Below are positions 9,101 to 20,000 of a stretch of 31,087 nt of DNA, piece by piece (position 1 is the stretch's first letter; each line of letters starts with the position of its first letter). The stretch is from the IMG/VR virus record IMGVR_UViG_3300022937_000093, positions 1 to 31,087 of that record. One strand, written 5' to 3'. The notes under the pieces are model-generated. The model made no database searches. It saw only the letters and a list, made by a program, of their open reading frames with translations, and was not told where the DNA came from. The translations under genes were made by a program, and so were the position numbers. This DNA is from a virus (Duplodnaviria; Caudoviricetes).

Positions 9101-9821
9101 CAACAACTTGGAAATTTTTGCACACGGTGATGGATATGTAGATTTTGCTGATACAGATACCGTTAGATTACCAAGAGGTTCAAACGCACAGCGTCCAGGA
9201 ACTCCTGTAAACGGTATGTTAAGATATAACACACAATCCAACACATTTGAAGGGTATGCTTCAGGTTTCTGGAACGTTATTGGTGGTAGTATTGGTGTAC
9301 CAATTGACCAAGATCAAAACACATATATTACAGCAGAGTTGACAACGGGTGCAAACGACGACACATTTAGATTTTATAACGGTGCTGTATTAACAGCAGA
9401 TCTAAATCAAACACGTTTTAACACTGATCAAATTAACGTAAACACCATTAGCACAGAGGGTGCAAACGCAGATTTAACAATATCTCCAAACGGTACAGGT
9501 AAAATTGTAATAGGAGATGTTGAATGGGATCAAGGATCAAACACAATTACACAAACAGACGCCGGCGGCACGCTAAATATTGGTATAACCGGAGAAGGTT
9601 ATGTTGACTTTACAGGTACCTATGGTGTTAAATTTCCGGTAGGTACAAACAGCAACAGACCAGCAACGGCGGCAGTTGGACAAACACGATATAATACCGA
9701 ACAAGGTAGAATGGAAGTGTGGGATGGTGCTGTTTGGGCATCGGTGGTTGGTCAACAAGGTGGTATTACTTTTGCCGAAGCAGAAGAACTTTCGTACTTG
9801 TACGCAATTATAATGGGATAA
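6144..9821 (+). CDS. Large tail/baseplate fibre-like protein (1225 aa) with pectin-lyase-like and LamG/ConA-like domains
   Basis: ATG 6144 follows AAGGAGA, so the track start at 6066 is unlikely. I.T..SN.DL.I..NGTG repeats; YFVTTNGDD...G.S...AFATIKYAL beta-helix start; LamG-like KYGTASLYLDG...FTVEGYF...WYHIAI...GYVDEVRVTKG; SIDQSGDFRVG motif. Confidence 0.8.
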   Translation: MAVGRISGPLLKANLIRNGVDLAFETDLLYLDVNNGRIGIKKTNPSYELDINGTVQTTDWIATNSATTGNLTFQGNTISSTLGTIELTPSGSDPVIYHSKIQVDSLEFNDNYIRTLDSNAPIELRPNGTGTIELVGNTNVTGNLYATGNITAGGNISLGDQPTDTIAINADVISNIIPDEDDKYTLGTPTQRWKTINTRNINVSGLQLSDNTIETLDSNQDLTIRANGTGKVRIENLLLTEEGNTYFVTTNGDDTEEGTSIDSAFATIKYALSQATSGDIIKVAAGTYEEVFPLVVPAGVTINGSGIRSTVVKGTSATQNKDCFHLDSATTIQHLSIKDMKYDALNDTGYAFAFNPAGISVALQSPYIINCTVLSRGTTTSASDPYGFDSGDAGRGAKIDGSLVTASSLEAAMLFNDTTFFIPNQTAIYMTNGARIEWLNCFIYFADKGIYAVSGSTGRGGDGKTKVDLTNYTGTFNNGDTVTLTSEDGSTVLGSGVIESSETVNGNLRLIFDGKVTGFVPNPNRDDKTINLSGDAQLSTTQKKYGTASLYLDGTGDYATVASTNDFGFGTGNFTVEGYFRFDDVTGTKYLFDLRSASGTTAPSVYADGANVKVAVAGSDVITGTATLTTNTWYHIAIAKSDDGTKLFINGSQDGSTYSDTNNYGTARPLAIGTDYNNANVFAGYVDEVRVTKGLPRYLANFTALTSAFVGDLTTVFLTHFDGQNSSTTVTEDVEIKLDISSSGGGTATGISNVDLKEFGAELRSIGSANVYGNQGVIADGEGVVLRLINHNFGYMGVGKRTDNDVSAVIQANEITESNGGKVLFSSIDQSGDFRVGNAFTVDQETGNVTFEAQSFDITSLSGLTFTDGGNTTIVDPNRVETGNIRLSGNQIITTSGDLTINPDSTSKVNVEGNLNVTGSLLKIQDTDQDTKITVESDFNQDEDTINFYVQNSIEAFINTDGLTTSQFQSDEVRLVNNSVQTYQNNNNLEIFAHGDGYVDFADTDTVRLPRGSNAQRPGTPVNGMLRYNTQSNTFEGYASGFWNVIGGSIGVPIDQDQNTYITAELTTGANDDTFRFYNGAVLTADLNQTRFNTDQINVNTISTEGANADLTISPNGTGKIVIGDVEWDQGSNTITQTDAGGTLNIGITGEGYVDFTGTYGVKFPVGTNSNRPATAAVGQTRYNTEQGRMEVWDGAVWASVVGQQGGITFAEAEELSYLYAIIMG

Positions 9822-9824
9822 AAA

Positions 9825-10154
9825 ATGGCAGTTATTTTTAAAAATAAAATAGTTAAAGATGTTGGAATTACACCGATTGATGCTATCACGGTCCCAGCAA
9901 ACAGAACGGTTACAATTATTGGTATAGCAATGACAAATATTATGGATTCGCCTGTATTAGGAAGTGTATTAATAAAAGATGATACAAGTGTTACAGGAAA
10001 TTATATTAAAGATGCACCTATCGCACCAAACTCGAGTATGCGACCAATTGCGGCTGGTGAAAAATTAACGTTACAAGAAAATTATACATTGCAGGTTAAA
10101 TCAAGTTATCCTGATTCGTTAGATGCAATTATAAGTTATGTTGAACAGGTATAA
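9825..10154 (+). CDS. Small beta-sandwich virion protein
   Basis: TVPANRTVTIIGI...APIAP...GEKLTL pattern; same family as 5169 and 23609. Confidence 0.75.
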   Translation: MAVIFKNKIVKDVGITPIDAITVPANRTVTIIGIAMTNIMDSPVLGSVLIKDDTSVTGNYIKDAPIAPNSSMRPIAAGEKLTLQENYTLQVKSSYPDSLDAIISYVEQV

Positions 10155-10164
10155 GGAGTAGACT

Positions 10165-10515
10165 ATGGCAAATTATATTGGACAAGACGCAGAAGGATTT
10201 TTCAATGGAATGGGAGAAAGATACTTTTACGGTCTTCGCAAACAAGAAGACGGAAGTATATATTTGGCCGTGGTAGATCAAATGAATCCAGATGATCAAA
10301 TTACTATTAACGTACCAGGCGAAGTAGCAGAAAACTATGACGGTTTTGACTTTGGCCAAGACTTTTTTGAAGGTAGAGATGTTAATCATGAAAAAGTTTT
10401 TGCAAACTTAAAGTATGAACAATATCGTTGGGACTATCAAAAAATTAATTATTATATCAATGATGATGGAATTTTAGTTGCAAGATTAAATCAACCATAT
10501 GATTATGGAGCATAA
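10165..10515 (+). CDS. Hypothetical virion protein (116 aa)
   Basis: AAGGAG RBS; tightly packed in the operon. Confidence 0.75.
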   Translation: MANYIGQDAEGFFNGMGERYFYGLRKQEDGSIYLAVVDQMNPDDQITINVPGEVAENYDGFDFGQDFFEGRDVNHEKVFANLKYEQYRWDYQKINYYINDDGILVARLNQPYDYGA

Positions 10516-10523
10516 GGTAAAAC

Positions 10524-13500
10524 ATGGCACAATTTAAACTAGAAAGATTTACTTATAGTTACGCAGGTGATTGGGAACCTAATAAAGCGTATAAACTCGA
10601 TGATATTGTTACGGTAAACGGTAACGTTTATTTCTGTAACAAAGCACACACATCGCAAACAGATTTTTATTTAGATTTCTTATACGAATTTACATATCCG
10701 GCTCCATATACTGCGGCAAACGACATTGATGCTGAATTTGACTTTAGTATAGATGTAGGCGGCGAAAACACTACCGTCGACGGAAGCGGTTTAGACTTTA
10801 CGGTGACTAGAAGTGGAAATAGATATTCTGTAGCGATTGTTGAAGGTGGAAGAAATTATGTAACCAAAGAATATTTTAGAATTCCGGGTGATCAATTAGG
10901 TGGTGTTAGAGGTACTAATGATGCTATTGTTACAATCGATACAATTGATAATGTGGAAGACGGTGGAGTAATTACTCCTGGGGTAGTACAATCACTTTCG
11001 GTTACTGGTACTCCAGCATTAACAAAATGGGAAATACAAGCAGATGGTTTAAGTTGGCAAGGCGAATGGCAACCATCAACAGGTGTTCCAGGAACTGAGC
11101 CTGGTGATGCAGGTTATCCTTATGTTCCTAAAAAATATTATATTAATGATTTAGTTTTTAAATCAGGTAATGTTTATAAATGTGTACAAGGACACATTGC
11201 TTCAACCGATTCTACATACGGTTTAGAAAATAATATTCAATATTGGACACTACAGATCCAAGGTAACCATTGGAGAGGAGCATGGACAGGATTTACAGGA
11301 TATAATCCAGGAGATGTTGTTACATATAATGGTACCATATGGCGCTGTGTAACATCTCATCAATCAGACACTATTGGAGTTGGATTAGACGGCGATGCAG
11401 AAAAATGGCTTAAAGTTTCTGAATCAGATTATTGGAGAGATAGTTGGCAACCACTAACAAGATATAGAGATAGAGATATAGTTACCTATGGTGGTATTGT
11501 TTATCGTTGTATAAATCCTCATACTTCAGGTGATGCAACAGCAGGTCTTATAGGAGATGACGGTCAAGGAACATTCCAGGATTTAGGTAAATGGCAAGTT
11601 GTTGTTGACGGTATTAGATACACTGGTGATTGGCAACCAAGCACAAAATATTACAAAAATGATATAGTAAGATTCAGTCAAAATACTTACAAAGCAACAG
11701 ATTATTTTACATCAGATGTTGACTTTGATTCTGCAAACTGGGAAATTTATGTTCCAGGTATGGCGTATGAGGACTTATGGAATTTATCAACAGAATATCA
11801 ACCAGGTGACATAGTGCAATATGGTGGATACACATATTATTCTAAAACATTTAATGAAAACAGAATTCCACCCTCAAATAATGCTGATTGGGAAATACTA
11901 GGAGAATGGTATAATATCAAAGGACAATGGTCCGCAATACAGGATTATAAAGTAGGTGATGTTGTTTCTAATAATGGATATATGTATTGGTGTGTGTCTG
12001 ATAATACAGGAGATAGACCGGACAGCGGAAATAACGCACAAACATATAACATTGGTTTTAAAAATGGAACATATACATGGAACGGAGTTGCTACACCGGA
12101 TTTAACATTCTTAAGAGGAACAACGATTACGTTAAATCAATCTAGTCTTGAAAATAACGGTAACGCTATATATCCAGCAACAGAAGTTGACGGAGAACTA
12201 GGAGTAGGAGTAGAGGTAGAACAAGGTTATTCTGTAACATATATTCTAGATGGCGAAGTTGTACCTACAAAAGACATATATGCTTCAGGCTTCAACTCAG
12301 CATCTGATAGAAAAGTTATAATACAGATACAACCAGATGCACCAGGAAATCTTTATTTTGCAAGTTACAGCAACACAGGTGCTTCGGGCAATCAAACAAT
12401 TACAATAGCAGGTTCAAGCAACTGGGATGTACTAATGCCAGGCACGTTCTTCAAAGGTACTTGGAACGATTTTGAAGAGGATTCTTCTGTAACAGAATAT
12501 CAAATTGGAGACATTGCAACATGGGCAGGAACATCTTATAGATGTTTTAAAAGACATACAGCAAATATTCAATATAGCAGACCCGACGAAGATGTAAGAA
12601 AAAATAATCCAGAATATTGGACCGTTTACATTCAAGGTATTAGAACTAACGTACTAGCACAAAAAGGTGACATTAAAACTTACCAAGCAGATTCTGATAT
12701 TAGGGTTCCAATTGGCGATCCTTCTACCGTTCTTAAAGGATTAGATCAGATTAATGCCGATAGTTCAACAGGACCTGGTCCACAATGGCAGTTGTTTAAC
12801 GAAAGCGATAAAGTTTATTTTGTTAGTTTGGATGGTGTTGATTCACCTGAGAGAGGTAAAACAGAAACTAGTGCATTCAGAACTATTAAGTATGCTTGTG
12901 ATTTTATTCAAGCAAACCCAGGAGCAAGAGCGCCTGCTACAATTTTTGTAAGCACGGGAGAATTTAAGGAAGAATTACCTATTAAGGTACCTAATGATGT
13001 TGCTGTTGTTGGACATGAATTAAGATCGACTAGAGTTGTTCCTAAAGCAGGTTTTGAAGATACAGACATGTTCCATGTTAAAAATGGTTGTGGATTAAGA
13101 AATATGACCATGCAAGGACTTGTTGGAACACTTGGTTCTCCAAATGAGTTTGGAACTAGAAGACCAGTAGACGGTGGGCCAAGTTTTGTAAGTTTAGATC
13201 CAGGTAGTGGTCCTTCGGATAATTCGGTTTGGGTATATTCAAAATCAACCTATGTACAAAATGTAACAACAATTGGTGTTGGTTGTGTAGGTATGAAAGT
13301 TGATGGACAATTACATGGCGGTGGTAATAAATCTATCGTTGCAAACGACTTTACACAAGTTATCAGCGGCGGTATTGGTATGTGGATAACCAATGGTGGT
13401 TTATCAGAACTTGTATCAGTGTTTACATACTATTGTCATATTGGATATCTTGCAGAAGTTGGCGGGAAGATTCGTGCTACAAATGGTAACAATTCTTATG

Positions 13501-16500
13501 GAGATTATGGATCAGTTGCTGAAGGATTTGATTTATTAGAAACACCAATTACTTCTAAGTTTGATAACCGTTCAACAGAAGCAACGGTAACTGATGTTTT
13601 AACTGACCTAGATGATCAAATTTATTTGTTTGGTTACGGTCACGCTGGTCAGGAATATACTTCTGCAAAAGTTCAAAGTTTTTCAGGTACAGGTTTTGGA
13701 CTAAGCACAGAATATACAGAATTTAGAAACGGTGCATTATCAGAAGTTAGAATGATGGATCCTGGTGATTCGTCTACTCCAGGAGGAGCAGGATATAGTG
13801 TTGCAACAGGACAAGCATCAGCAGGTGATTCAACTGGACTAACTTTAGATGCAACAGATACGGTCGAAGATAGTACAGGTGTTTATGACGGAAAAAGAAT
13901 AATATTGACACAAGGTAAAGGTAAAGGACAATATGCAAAAGTGTTATCTTTTGACCCTTCAACAAAACGTTGTGAAATTGTTAGAGAAAGTGATGGATTG
14001 CCTGGATGGGATCATTGGATTCCTGGAACTCCAATAGTTACAGCACTTGACGAAACATCAAGTTACAGAATCGAACCAATGGTTGAATTCAACGAACCAC
14101 CTTATTCTCAAAGCCAAGGAACATTACCAACACCATTGGATTATAAAAGAATTAGATATGGTGGTGGAAAATTTGTTGCTATTGCACAAAGTGAATTTGG
14201 TAGAGGCAATACAAATCAATTTTTATACTCAACCGATGGAGTGAGTTGGACTACCGGAACATTTGATGGAAGTGCATTGTTTACTCCTAATGATTTTTGG
14301 AGTTGGAGTGATCTTGCATATAGTGGAAGTACATGGGTTGCTGTTGCTAAAGAAGGAATTGTTGCAACTTCAACCGATGGAGTGAGTTGGTCCTTAAAAG
14401 AAGTTTCAACAGACTCCACTGCTCCTGTAGAAAGATTTATTGAATTTGGTGCTAACCCTGTTACATCACAAAGTTACAAAGTAACGGTTTCTATACCCGG
14501 AGACAATCCGTTGTATCATTTCGATGGTGCTACAAATTCAGCACCTGATATAACATTAGTTGCTGGTAATACATATATCTTTAATCAAAATGATGCAAGT
14601 AATTTAAGTTGTCCGATTTATTTTGCAACAACACCATTAGGTCATCACAGCGGTGATACTCCTATTAGTGAAGGTATAAAATATTTCTTAGACAATGTTC
14701 AAGTTGCAAATTTAGAGGCGTATGTTTCAGGATTTGATGCGGCACAAACAAAAAGAGTTGAATGGACGGTTCCAACAAATCTTGTTGGAGTTAATGTTTA
14801 TTATGTTAATTACAATAGCACAGGATCGAATGTACAAACCGACAGCAGTTATGCACTAGTTACTATTGATAGTGAAAAAGAGTTTTGTGTTGTTGGTAGA
14901 TCAAACGCAGGATCATACGAATGGTGGCAATCAACCGACGAAGGCTCTACATGGACCGTATATGATTTACCAAGTAAAGAAAGTAATCCAACAGCAATGA
15001 CATTAACATATGGATCAGGAAAATTTGTTATTACAACAAAAGATTATGATTCAAGTGTGAATAGAATCTACATCAAAACACCAGGACAAAGAAGTTGGAG
15101 AGAAGAATTTATTGGCGGTGCAGATTTGAGTAATGTTGAATCTGCGGTATATGGTAATAACTTGTTTATAGCAACAGAAACAAATTCTAACAATGTGTTT
15201 ATAAATCCAAATGGTGGTGAAGGACAATGGTATCAACAATCAGGTGTTTTACCAACTACAGGTAATTGGAAACTAGGTTACGGCCAAGGTGTCTTTGTCG
15301 CATTTAAACCAAACTCAACAGAGTTTGCTTTTAGTGAAGACGGAATTCGTTGGAAAACTAAAACTCTTTCAACATCAGCAAAATGGGAAGATATTGGTTT
15401 TGGTGATCCAGACAATGACGGAAAATTTATTTTAATAGGTAGCGGTACTCCTTTACAAGGTGCAGGAGAACAAAAATTTGTTACTATTAAAGCAGGCAGA
15501 AAACCATTAGGAAGAGTAAACATTAATAATAACAGAGTTAGCAGTATTTCAATTTATGATCCAGGTAGTAATTATGTAGAATCTTTACCTGATTTAGTTA
15601 CAAATTATAACGTAACGGTAGCAAGAAATACCGCAGATGATGCAGATGTTTTTTATATAAACGGATCTGAAACACCGGCATTGTCTTTTGTTGAAGGTAA
15701 ACGATATGTATTTGATCAAAGTGATTCTTCGAACGTTAACGGAGAAGATGTTTATCCATTAGTATTTGCAACAGATTCAGGATTAAATTCTATTATCGAG
15801 GTTAATGTAATTTACAGACTTGGTGGTGTTAATAAAACAAGACAAGAGTATGTAAGTGGATTTGCAAGTGCATCTGAAAGAACGGTTGAAATAGAAATTC
15901 AATTTAATGCAGAAGCAACTTATTATTACGGTTCAAGTGAACTTGCTGGTATGGGAAATAGTATTAGTGTTTCTTCTTCAGAACAACTGGCTATAACAAT
16001 TACTGATCCGTTAGCAACAAACGAACCTACAATGCTACTAAGATTAGCCAATGGAGTATTACCACAACCATCATTTATTAATAGAGGTACTAGTTTTAGA
16101 TCTGCAACAGCAACAATTACCGGAAATGGATTTGCTGACAAATATCAAGTAGGAAAAGAGATTGTTGTTAAAGAATTAAGTAGAGAACCTGGACCAGGTG
16201 ATAACTTGGCTATTAGTGGAATAACACAAAGAGATTATTTGGTAACAAAAGTAACCAATGTACAAGGTGTTGCACCAAACCTAACAGCAACAATTCAAGT
16301 AAGTCCTCCGATAGGAGTTGATGAGTCACCTGAACACGAAACAGAAATGACCATTAGACAGAAATATAGCCAGGTGCGTCTAACATTCCATGACTTCTTA
16401 GACATCGGTACTGGTAATAAAAATTCAACTAGATATCCTGTGCGTTATCTAGAAGGATTCCTAAGCGGTAGTGATAATTCACCTAGACAATTTAATGAAA

Positions 16501-17039
16501 CAGACTTTAGTAACGGTGGTAGGGTTTTCTATTCATCAACTGACCAAGATGGTAACTTTAGGGTCGGCGAGTTGTTTGAAGTTGAACAAGCATCGGGTAT
16601 TGTAACTATTAATGCTGATCAATTTGAACTTGACGGATTAACTGAACTTTCATTAGGAGGTGTTACGCTCGGCGGAACAGGTGCTGTTATTAGAGAATTT
16701 AGTATCGATCCATTGTTTACAGCAAATAGTGATGAAATTGTTCCTACACAAAAAGCAATATCGGCATACGTTAAATCACGTATTACGGGCGGTGGATCTA
16801 GCGTTAACGTTAACAAAGCAACAGCGGGTGTTGTTGTAATTGGCGGAACAAGCGGACAATCATTAGAAACAAGTGATTTAACACCTATACAAATTAAAAC
16901 TAAAATGTCATTCCAAGGAGGTGTTGGAGGAAGCATGGCGGCAATGGCGTTCTTTGCTTTTGGAACAGATATTCCTATGGGCGATGACATGGGTGGAACA
17001 GACGAACTTGGAGGGGATGCAGGTGGACATGGCTTCTAA
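10524..17039 (+). CDS. Giant multidomain tail-fibre/adhesin-like protein (2171 aa)
   Basis: N-terminal W.....Y..GD.V.Y.G..Y.C repeats (CBM5/12-like); beta-helix region (ELRST, GLRN, SLDPG, YVQNVTT, ANDFTQ); Asp-box S.DG..W propeller repeats; C-terminal STDQDGNFRVG domain. Paralogue of 17072. Confidence 0.82.
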   Translation: MAQFKLERFTYSYAGDWEPNKAYKLDDIVTVNGNVYFCNKAHTSQTDFYLDFLYEFTYPAPYTAANDIDAEFDFSIDVGGENTTVDGSGLDFTVTRSGNRYSVAIVEGGRNYVTKEYFRIPGDQLGGVRGTNDAIVTIDTIDNVEDGGVITPGVVQSLSVTGTPALTKWEIQADGLSWQGEWQPSTGVPGTEPGDAGYPYVPKKYYINDLVFKSGNVYKCVQGHIASTDSTYGLENNIQYWTLQIQGNHWRGAWTGFTGYNPGDVVTYNGTIWRCVTSHQSDTIGVGLDGDAEKWLKVSESDYWRDSWQPLTRYRDRDIVTYGGIVYRCINPHTSGDATAGLIGDDGQGTFQDLGKWQVVVDGIRYTGDWQPSTKYYKNDIVRFSQNTYKATDYFTSDVDFDSANWEIYVPGMAYEDLWNLSTEYQPGDIVQYGGYTYYSKTFNENRIPPSNNADWEILGEWYNIKGQWSAIQDYKVGDVVSNNGYMYWCVSDNTGDRPDSGNNAQTYNIGFKNGTYTWNGVATPDLTFLRGTTITLNQSSLENNGNAIYPATEVDGELGVGVEVEQGYSVTYILDGEVVPTKDIYASGFNSASDRKVIIQIQPDAPGNLYFASYSNTGASGNQTITIAGSSNWDVLMPGTFFKGTWNDFEEDSSVTEYQIGDIATWAGTSYRCFKRHTANIQYSRPDEDVRKNNPEYWTVYIQGIRTNVLAQKGDIKTYQADSDIRVPIGDPSTVLKGLDQINADSSTGPGPQWQLFNESDKVYFVSLDGVDSPERGKTETSAFRTIKYACDFIQANPGARAPATIFVSTGEFKEELPIKVPNDVAVVGHELRSTRVVPKAGFEDTDMFHVKNGCGLRNMTMQGLVGTLGSPNEFGTRRPVDGGPSFVSLDPGSGPSDNSVWVYSKSTYVQNVTTIGVGCVGMKVDGQLHGGGNKSIVANDFTQVISGGIGMWITNGGLSELVSVFTYYCHIGYLAEVGGKIRATNGNNSYGDYGSVAEGFDLLETPITSKFDNRSTEATVTDVLTDLDDQIYLFGYGHAGQEYTSAKVQSFSGTGFGLSTEYTEFRNGALSEVRMMDPGDSSTPGGAGYSVATGQASAGDSTGLTLDATDTVEDSTGVYDGKRIILTQGKGKGQYAKVLSFDPSTKRCEIVRESDGLPGWDHWIPGTPIVTALDETSSYRIEPMVEFNEPPYSQSQGTLPTPLDYKRIRYGGGKFVAIAQSEFGRGNTNQFLYSTDGVSWTTGTFDGSALFTPNDFWSWSDLAYSGSTWVAVAKEGIVATSTDGVSWSLKEVSTDSTAPVERFIEFGANPVTSQSYKVTVSIPGDNPLYHFDGATNSAPDITLVAGNTYIFNQNDASNLSCPIYFATTPLGHHSGDTPISEGIKYFLDNVQVANLEAYVSGFDAAQTKRVEWTVPTNLVGVNVYYVNYNSTGSNVQTDSSYALVTIDSEKEFCVVGRSNAGSYEWWQSTDEGSTWTVYDLPSKESNPTAMTLTYGSGKFVITTKDYDSSVNRIYIKTPGQRSWREEFIGGADLSNVESAVYGNNLFIATETNSNNVFINPNGGEGQWYQQSGVLPTTGNWKLGYGQGVFVAFKPNSTEFAFSEDGIRWKTKTLSTSAKWEDIGFGDPDNDGKFILIGSGTPLQGAGEQKFVTIKAGRKPLGRVNINNNRVSSISIYDPGSNYVESLPDLVTNYNVTVARNTADDADVFYINGSETPALSFVEGKRYVFDQSDSSNVNGEDVYPLVFATDSGLNSIIEVNVIYRLGGVNKTRQEYVSGFASASERTVEIEIQFNAEATYYYGSSELAGMGNSISVSSSEQLAITITDPLATNEPTMLLRLANGVLPQPSFINRGTSFRSATATITGNGFADKYQVGKEIVVKELSREPGPGDNLAISGITQRDYLVTKVTNVQGVAPNLTATIQVSPPIGVDESPEHETEMTIRQKYSQVRLTFHDFLDIGTGNKNSTRYPVRYLEGFLSGSDNSPRQFNETDFSNGGRVFYSSTDQDGNFRVGELFEVEQASGIVTINADQFELDGLTELSLGGVTLGGTGAVIREFSIDPLFTANSDEIVPTQKAISAYVKSRITGGGSSVNVNKATAGVVVIGGTSGQSLETSDLTPIQIKTKMSFQGGVGGSMAAMAFFAFGTDIPMGDDMGGTDELGGDAGGHGF

Positions 17040-17042
17040 ATA

Positions 17043-17050
17043 CATAAATA
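17043..17050 (+). promoter_or_regulatory. Late promoter variant CATAAATA
   Basis: In the 32-nt gap between the two giant genes. Confidence 0.5.
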
Positions 17051-17071
17051 ACATTAGAATTGGAGTAATCA

Positions 17072-20000
17072 ATGGCTGAATTTTTACTTGGTAGAATTAA
17101 ATTTGTATGGAAAGGTGACTGGGCCTCTAGCACCGCATACGTTAAAGACGATGTTATAAGATACGGCGGTAAAGTATATATTTGTACGGCACCACACACA
17201 TCAGACACTAGTGATTTTTACCTAGATAGTGACAACTGGAATATTTTTACAGATGGATCAACATGGAAAGATGACTGGACTACTAGCACATACTACAAAC
17301 TAGGTGATATTGTCAAGTATGGTGGTTATTTGTATATTGCAAATAATGCTCATACATCAGCAGATACCGTCACAAAAGGTTTAGAGTTTAACCAAGCAGA
17401 TTGGGACATTTACTCAGAGTTTTTAGAATACAGAAATGATTGGGCAGTAAACACAAGATATCGTGTAAACGATATTGTAAAATATGGTGGAACCGTTTAT
17501 GTTTGTATTGACGATCACACTTCGTCAGCAACAGCCGAAACTGATATTGATGGTTTAGAAAGTGATAACAACGGAAAGGTTCTTACATTTGATTCTGTTT
17601 CAGCCGCAGATGCAAGTAGAGCCGCCGGCACTTATAGTGTAACAACTACAACAAATAATAATGGTTCAGGCGTTACAGCAAATGTTACCGTTGATGGTAT
17701 TGGTGGAGTTGCAATTACATTAACAGCAAACGGTCAAGGGTATGCTGTTGGAGATATTATTACAATCGCCGACGCTGACCTTGGAGCAGGCGGTGCACCG
17801 GATGTAACATTTACCGTTGTATCAGTTGCAGATAGATGGAATATTTTTTCCGAAGGGTTTGATTGGAAAAATGAATGGACTGCCGCAACTAGATATAAAA
17901 GAAATGATCTAGTTAGATATGGTGGACAATTATATGTTTGTAGATTAGGACATAAATCAGGAACTCTTTCTGATGGACTAGAAGCAGATCAATCTAAATG
18001 GGAATATTTTCATAAAGGTGTTGTATACAGAAGTGCTTGGGCATCAGGAACAAGATATCGTGTAAACGATTTAGTACAATACGGTGCAAACATTTATATT
18101 TGTACAACACATCACACAGCAACAAATTTTATTTCAGATGAATCTAATTGGGAAAACTTTGTTCCAGGTTTAGAATTTGAAGATAGTTGGAACATTGGAA
18201 CAACATATCAACCTGGAGATTTGGTTACTTATGGTGGTTATTCTTATATTGCAAAAACAAACAATGTAGGTAAAGCACCATACTCAAATGCAAACGATTG
18301 GGGATTATATCTAAAAGGATTAAACTTTAGAGGTGACTGGGGAGATGATTCTTCAGCACAAGATTATCTAGTTGGTGATGTGGTAAGAGTAGGTGGATAC
18401 ACTTATATGTGTATTCAGGATCATCAAAATCAAAGTCCACCAAATGCAACATACTGGGTAAGATTAAATCAAGGTATTGAATGGAACGGTGACTGGTCTA
18501 ACATTACACAATACGATTTAGGTGATGTTGTTTACTTTGGTGTTAACTCTTATCTTTGTGTACAAGCACACCAATCAGATCAAGCGATTGCACAAAATAG
18601 ACCAGATCAGGATACACAAGGGGATTACTGGGCAATACTAGCCGGAGGTAATGAACAAAGTGCATTAACAACAGACGGCGACTTAGTTTATTATTCAGGA
18701 TCAGGACCTACAAGATTACCAATTGGTGAAACAGGCCAAGTGTTATCTGTTGGAACTGCTGGATTACCTGCATGGCAATATTGGGGCAGAACAGATCATG
18801 TTTACTATGTTGGTCCTAACGGTAATGACGGAGATTATCCAGGATACGGTTCAACATTAGATAGACCTTTTAAAACTATTAGACGTGCATGTGAAGCAAT
18901 TGAAAAAGGATCTTTAAATCCTAATGCTGTTGATGCACTTAAAAAGAATAGACAATTCATTCAACGTGAGGTTGTTGAATGGGTTGATTATCAAATAGCA
19001 AACGTTATTTCTCCATTCACTGGAGCATTTACATACGACCAAGCATTGTGTTACAGAGATATGGGACACTTGGTTGATGCTGTTGTCTACGATTTATCAC
19101 ATGGTGGTAACGAAAAAACAAGATCAGTTGCTTATAACTATTTTGATAAAGACGGTGCAAGTTATGTTAATGGACAGGTTAGTGAAACGGTTGCGGCAAT
19201 TAACTATGCAATTACGGTAATGGATGCTGTTATTTCAAATGTAGATCCAGCAACAAATTATCAGACAGAAAACGGCTACACACCTGCTATTGTACAAATA
19301 AAACCTAACAATACAGAAGAAGCAAATGCACAAGCAATAATTACTAGTTTAGTTGCTATTGTTACCGATGCTATTACAGCAGGCGGCGTTTCAAATATTC
19401 CTGCAGAAGAAGCAGTACAAAAAACTATTTTTGTTAAAACAGGAACATATTACGAAATACTTCCTATTGTTGTTCCTAAGTTAACAGCAGTTGTTGGTGA
19501 TGAATTACGTAGTACGGTTGTTCAACCAAGCACATCGGCACAATATACACAAAGATCGGATATCGATTATAGTGTTGCGGCCATTACAAGAATTAAAAGT
19601 TTAATTAGTGATATTGCACAAGGTAATGGTGTTACTAAAACAGGTACAAATACTCAAACACAGATTACAGCAGGTCCGGCTGGTACAGCAACTGAAGGTA
19701 CAGAATTAGAAAGTAAATTGCAACATTTAATTGATTATATTAATTACTATGCTGGCAATGACACACAAGATTCAACAGCACCAGTTATGACAAATGGCCA
19801 GCAGTCATTAACAATTACAGACATTACAAAAGCATCTACTGCCGTAGTAACAACTTCGGTAGCACACGGATTATACGATAGACAACAAGTTCATATTAAA
19901 AACGTAAACGGTATGACCGAAGTCAATAACAGAGTTTTCTGGGTTGACAAAATTAATGCAACAACGTTTGCACTTTATGAAGATTTTTATCTAACAATTC

